Below, piece by piece: positions 22,374 through 25,562 of a stretch of DNA of 25,562 nucleotides; within the stretch, counting starts at the first letter, position 1, and every line of letters starts with the position of its first letter. This DNA is from a virus (lineage: Duplodnaviria > Caudoviricetes): IMG/VR virus record IMGVR_UViG_3300020042_003743, positions 1 to 25,562 of that record. The stretch is one strand, 5' to 3'. The notes beneath the pieces are model-generated. The model searched no databases. It saw only the letters and a list, made by a program, of their open reading frames with translations, and was not told the DNA's origin. The position numbers were made by a program, and so were the translations under genes.

Positions 22374-24638
22374 ATGGATTTTATTGACTTTGTAACCAGC
22401 TTGGCCCCCGAGGGCGAGACTGTGTTGTTTCTACACCAAAAAGGAGGGGGCTATATACCGCAACTGCCGAGCGTCCGTCGTCGGGCCGGTGGGGCGTGGT
22501 ATGTCAGCAGCGGCAGCTTCATCCTCGACCGCATGACCGGTGGCCTGTCGGCCACCACCGCCAATTGCACGCACGTTACGTTCTTGGCCGTGGACGATGT
22601 GGGCACCAAGAGCAAGATACCACCGCTGCCCCCGACGTGGATTATTGAAACCTCTCCCGGTAATTACCAATGGGCGTGGGTGTTGAGCGAGCAGGTGCCG
22701 GTGGGGGTAGCCAACGCCGCCGAGCGCGCTTTTGCCGAGGCCGGATATACCGACGGTGGCGCCATCAACGCCGTGCGGAACTGGCGCATCCCAGGAAGCG
22801 TCAACATCAAACCGGGCCGCAACCGCTTTGCCAGCGTCCTGACCGAATTCCATCCCGAGCGCGAGTTTACCGTCGAGCAAATCTGCGCCGCCTTGGGCGT
22901 GACGCCCGCCGCCGCCGACACCGCGACCGTGCGCCGCGTCGATCTGGACGACGACGGCACCGACGACGTGCTGGCGTGGCTGTCCGAATCCGGCCACCTG
23001 ACCGCGCACGGCAACAGCGCCGGGTGGTGGGGTGTGGTCTGCCCCAACAACGAAGCGCATACGACCGGCGAGATCGAGGGCCGCTACATGCCGGTCAATC
23101 GGGCCTATACGTGCCTGCACGAGCACTGTCTGGAGTGGGATAGTGTGGCCTTCCTGACGTGGGTAGCCGAGCAGGGCGGGCCGTCACACGCGCCGGGGCT
23201 ACGCTCCGAACTGCTGGCCCCCGTCATGCAAGCGGCACTTGCCAAGCTAAAGCCGGGCGACCTGTTTAGCGAAGCGACGGACGCGGGTGCGATGATCGCC
23301 GCCGTCGCGCGTAAGGAGTTGGGCCGCGTCGAGAAGGCCGCATGGTATGCCCGGTTCGCTTACGTTCAAGATGATGAGTCGTACTTCGACATGGCCGACC
23401 GTCGCGAAGTCGGCAGGACGACCTTCAACGCCCTTTTCCGGCATATCCCGTGCTACTCCATTCACACCAACGCCAACAACGCCGCCCGCCGTGTTGAGGC
23501 GTCAATCTGCTACGACGAGAACCGCCAAGCAATGGGCGCCCCCGCCCTTGTTGGCATCACCTACAGCGCCGGTGACGACGTGCTGGTGACGCGTGACGGC
23601 GACGTCTACGGCAACCGCTGGCGCGACGCCCGACAACCGGCGGGTGGCGGTGACGTGTCGATGTGGCTCGACCACTGCGCCGCCCTCATCCCGCTTGACG
23701 TCGAGCGAGATCATATTTTTGATGTCATGGCCTGCAAATACCAGCGTCCAAACATCAAAATTAATCACGCCGTGCTGCACGGTGGTGACGAGGGGTGCGG
23801 TAAAGATACGCTGTGGGCGCCGCTGCTGTGGGCCGTCTGCGGGCCGAGTCTACGCAACCGGGGTATCCTGGACAACGATACGCTCGGGTCGCAGTGGGGC
23901 TATCAGTTGGAGGCCGAGATTATCATCCTCAACGAACTGAAAGAGCCGGACGCCCGCGAGCGCCGCGCCTTGGCTAACAAGCTAAAACCGATTATCGCCG
24001 CCCCGCCCGAGATGATCCCAATCAACCGCAAAGGCTTGCACCCATACCAGATGGTCAACCGCTGTTTCGTGTTGGCGTTTTCAAACGATCCCGTGCCGAT
24101 CTCGCTCGCGTCGCAGGATCGCCGGTGGTTCTGCGTGTGGTCAAGCGCGCCTCGGATGACGCCCGCCGCCGCCGAACGGATTTGGCAGTGGTACAAGGCC
24201 GGTGGCTTTGCTGCGGTCGCTGGCTGGCTGGCGCGCCGTGACGTGTCGCGGTTTAACCCGTCGGCAGCGCCCGCGATGACGGAATTCAAGCAAAACCTGA
24301 TCGAACACGGCATGAGCATGGCCGAGTCATATCTGGTCGAGATGCTGCGCGGGCGGCAGGGTGAATTTAGCGCCGGTGTCATCGGCAGCCCTTTTCACGC
24401 AGTATGCGATCGCCTATCGGGGGCCGCGCCCGGTGGGGTCAAGGTGCCCCAAGCCGCGCTACTGCACGCGCTGAAGGAGGCCGGATGGGTCGATTGTGGC
24501 CGCTTGGCCGCCGTCGGCCTGCACACTAAAAAACACGTATTTGCCGCGCCTGACGTCGCCAAGCGTTACACTAAATCGGAGCTGCGGCGTATGGTTGAAG
24601 GCCCGCCGCCGCCCGTCATGCTAGCGTCCGTGAAATAG
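22374..24638 (+). CDS. Primase-helicase: RepB-like primase, Zn-binding segment, C-terminal NTPase (DUF5906-like)
   Basis: AVDDVG, WIIETSPGNYQW, RIPGSVNIK; CPNNEAH...CLHEHC; Walker A GDEGCGKD, IILNE, FSN, DRRWF. Confidence 0.88.
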   Translation: MDFIDFVTSLAPEGETVLFLHQKGGGYIPQLPSVRRRAGGAWYVSSGSFILDRMTGGLSATTANCTHVTFLAVDDVGTKSKIPPLPPTWIIETSPGNYQWAWVLSEQVPVGVANAAERAFAEAGYTDGGAINAVRNWRIPGSVNIKPGRNRFASVLTEFHPEREFTVEQICAALGVTPAAADTATVRRVDLDDDGTDDVLAWLSESGHLTAHGNSAGWWGVVCPNNEAHTTGEIEGRYMPVNRAYTCLHEHCLEWDSVAFLTWVAEQGGPSHAPGLRSELLAPVMQAALAKLKPGDLFSEATDAGAMIAAVARKELGRVEKAAWYARFAYVQDDESYFDMADRREVGRTTFNALFRHIPCYSIHTNANNAARRVEASICYDENRQAMGAPALVGITYSAGDDVLVTRDGDVYGNRWRDARQPAGGGDVSMWLDHCAALIPLDVERDHIFDVMACKYQRPNIKINHAVLHGGDEGCGKDTLWAPLLWAVCGPSLRNRGILDNDTLGSQWGYQLEAEIIILNELKEPDARERRALANKLKPIIAAPPEMIPINRKGLHPYQMVNRCFVLAFSNDPVPISLASQDRRWFCVWSSAPRMTPAAAERIWQWYKAGGFAAVAGWLARRDVSRFNPSAAPAMTEFKQNLIEHGMSMAESYLVEMLRGRQGEFSAGVIGSPFHAVCDRLSGAAPGGVKVPQAALLHALKEAGWVDCGRLAAVGLHTKKHVFAAPDVAKRYTKSELRRMVEGPPPPVMLASVK

Positions 24639-24641
24639 GAA

Positions 24642-24666
24642 ACGCCCCGAAAGGGGCGTCTTTTTT
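24642..24666 (+). terminator. Rho-independent terminator of the replication operon
   Basis: ACGCCCC-GAAA-GGGGCGT followed by CTTTTTT, just after the primase stop. Confidence 0.9.
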
Positions 24667-24681
24667 GGTGGTTTGGTTTGG

Positions 24682-24741
24682 TTACAGGTCGAACATGATA
24701 GCAAGCAAAGCTATCAGCAGCAGCACGGCAAGCGCGGTCAT
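24682..24741 (-). CDS. 19-aa hydrophobic peptide
   Basis: MTALAVLLLIALLAIMFDL*; ATGA overlap with the upstream stop. Confidence 0.6.
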   Translation of the reverse strand: MTALAVLLLIALLAIMFDL

Positions 24742-24995
24742 TCTAGCGCCGCCGTCGCGCGTTCGATTACGTCGCGCGCGTTCATGGCCGATAGGTCGCC
24801 ATCGCCGCCAGACGCCCGCCGATGAGCATCAATAATCGGTAGGCAATGGCCGAGCGTGTCGATCGCGTCGCGCAGCAGATCGCGCAACCGCAGTCGTTCC
24901 TGTTCCAAGTCAATGATGCGGGAAAAAGCATCCGCGAGGGCGGTATCGCCCGCCGAGTACGCCGCGCGCTCTTGTTCTTCGATTGTTAATTGCAT
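24738..24995 (-). CDS. Hypothetical protein (85 aa, coiled-coil-like)
   Basis: ORF track; coupled to neighbours on both sides. Confidence 0.75.
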   Translation of the reverse strand: MQLTIEEQERAAYSAGDTALADAFSRIIDLEQERLRLRDLLRDAIDTLGHCLPIIDAHRRASGGDGDLSAMNARDVIERATAALE

Positions 24996-25150
24996 GATTG
25001 CACCCAGTCCTGCGCGGCTGTTAGCGCCGCGTCGGGCGCGCCCTCAACGTCATCAAAAAACGCCTGTACTTCGCCGTCGTCGTCAACCACGGCCCAACCC
25101 GTATCAAACTGCGAAAATTTAAACCGGCGGATAATCTGTAAATTGCTCAT
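24986..25150 (-). CDS. 54-aa acidic hypothetical protein
   Basis: Not in track. AGGAG RBS; MSNLQIIRRFKFSQFDTGWAVVDDDGEVQAFFDDVEGAPDAALTAAQDWVQSCN*. Confidence 0.75.
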   Translation of the reverse strand: MSNLQIIRRFKFSQFDTGWAVVDDDGEVQAFFDDVEGAPDAALTAAQDWVQSCN

Positions 25151-25152
25151 TT

Positions 25153-25347
25153 TTATATCTCCTGTGTGCGATGATAAACCGGTCCCGCTATGATGCCGGA
25201 ACCGGAGGTTGATTTTTTACGATACGTACGCCGACAATTCTTGCAGACAAAAGATTGACCCGCCGCCCGCTGAATTGTTTGAAAACCTTTACCGCCGCAA
25301 TGCTGGCATGTCATGTCGGGCGGGCGGGCGGTGTGCGTTACATTCAT
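25153..25347 (-). CDS. 64-aa Zn-ribbon protein
   Basis: ATG 25347 in an ATGA overlap; CQHC...CKNC. Confidence 0.65.
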   Translation of the reverse strand: MNVTHTARPPDMTCQHCGGKGFQTIQRAAGQSFVCKNCRRTYRKKSTSGSGIIAGPVYHRTQEI

Positions 25348-25422
25348 CTGCACACCACCACGGCACCGATTGCGATTGCAAACGCCGTGGCAGACATGGC
25401 AAGCGCAAGGCATAGCAATGCC

Positions 25423-25560
25423 TTAGCTAATGATTCCTCTACTGGCACACGGAACGGAGCAGTAACTGGATTTTGATCGAATCGGCTTAAATAGTCGCCC
25501 GCATTCAGCGCAGTTTTTATCAGGCAGTTTTCGATTGTTTGTGCGACCCCAGCTATCAAC
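25423..25560 (-). CDS. 3' part of a Zn-finger ORF (partial, starts outside the window)
   Basis: VDSWGRTNNRKLPDKNCAECGRLFKPIRSKSSYCSVPCASRGIIS*; CxxC...YCSxxC finger. Confidence 0.6.
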   Translation of the reverse strand, partial: VDSWGRTNNRKLPDKNCAECGRLFKPIRSKSSYCSVPCASRGIIS

Positions 25561-25562
25561 TA

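Noticed and set aside
22431-23126. Long antisense and alternative-frame ORFs (also 553-1011, 2424-2921, 9985-10482, 16387-16860, 20377-20871, 23903-24382)
   Set aside because: They overlap well-supported genes, lack motifs or RBS, and are expected from GC3 codon bias.
24986-25150. Suspected frameshift near the start of the 54-aa ORF
   Set aside because: On recount the ATG at 25150 is in frame with TAA at 24986 (165 nt).

Overview
A 25.6-kb fragment of a tailed dsDNA phage with P22-like podovirus gene order. From 1 to 14136 (+ strand) is a tightly coupled late operon: end of a probable capsid-associated gene, AT-hook mini-protein, gp4-like adaptor, fibre-like protein, gp10-like tail hub, needle/fibre with S74 chaperone, beta-helix tailspike, adaptor proteins, three ejection-type proteins and a lysis cassette (two holin candidates, a secreted Cys-rich protein, GH108 endolysin). 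From 14133 to 17624 (- strand) are VRR-NUC, SNF2-like helicase, HNH-AP2 endonuclease and small genes. A symmetric divergent sigma70 promoter at about 17651-17703 separates this from an APSE-like replication operon (Cas4-like nuclease, SSB-like protein, family A DNA polymerase, primase-helicase; 17734-24638). Small minus-strand genes close the window. The most striking feature is at 19735-20391: two unrelated small genes lie in tandem between ssb and pol, each flanked by a copy of the ssb 3' end plus hairpin and a copy of the pol 5' end, joined at a 5-bp microhomology. No RNA genes, CRISPR array, integrase or reverse transcriptase were seen. All functional calls come from motif recognition and synteny by eye, not from database searches.
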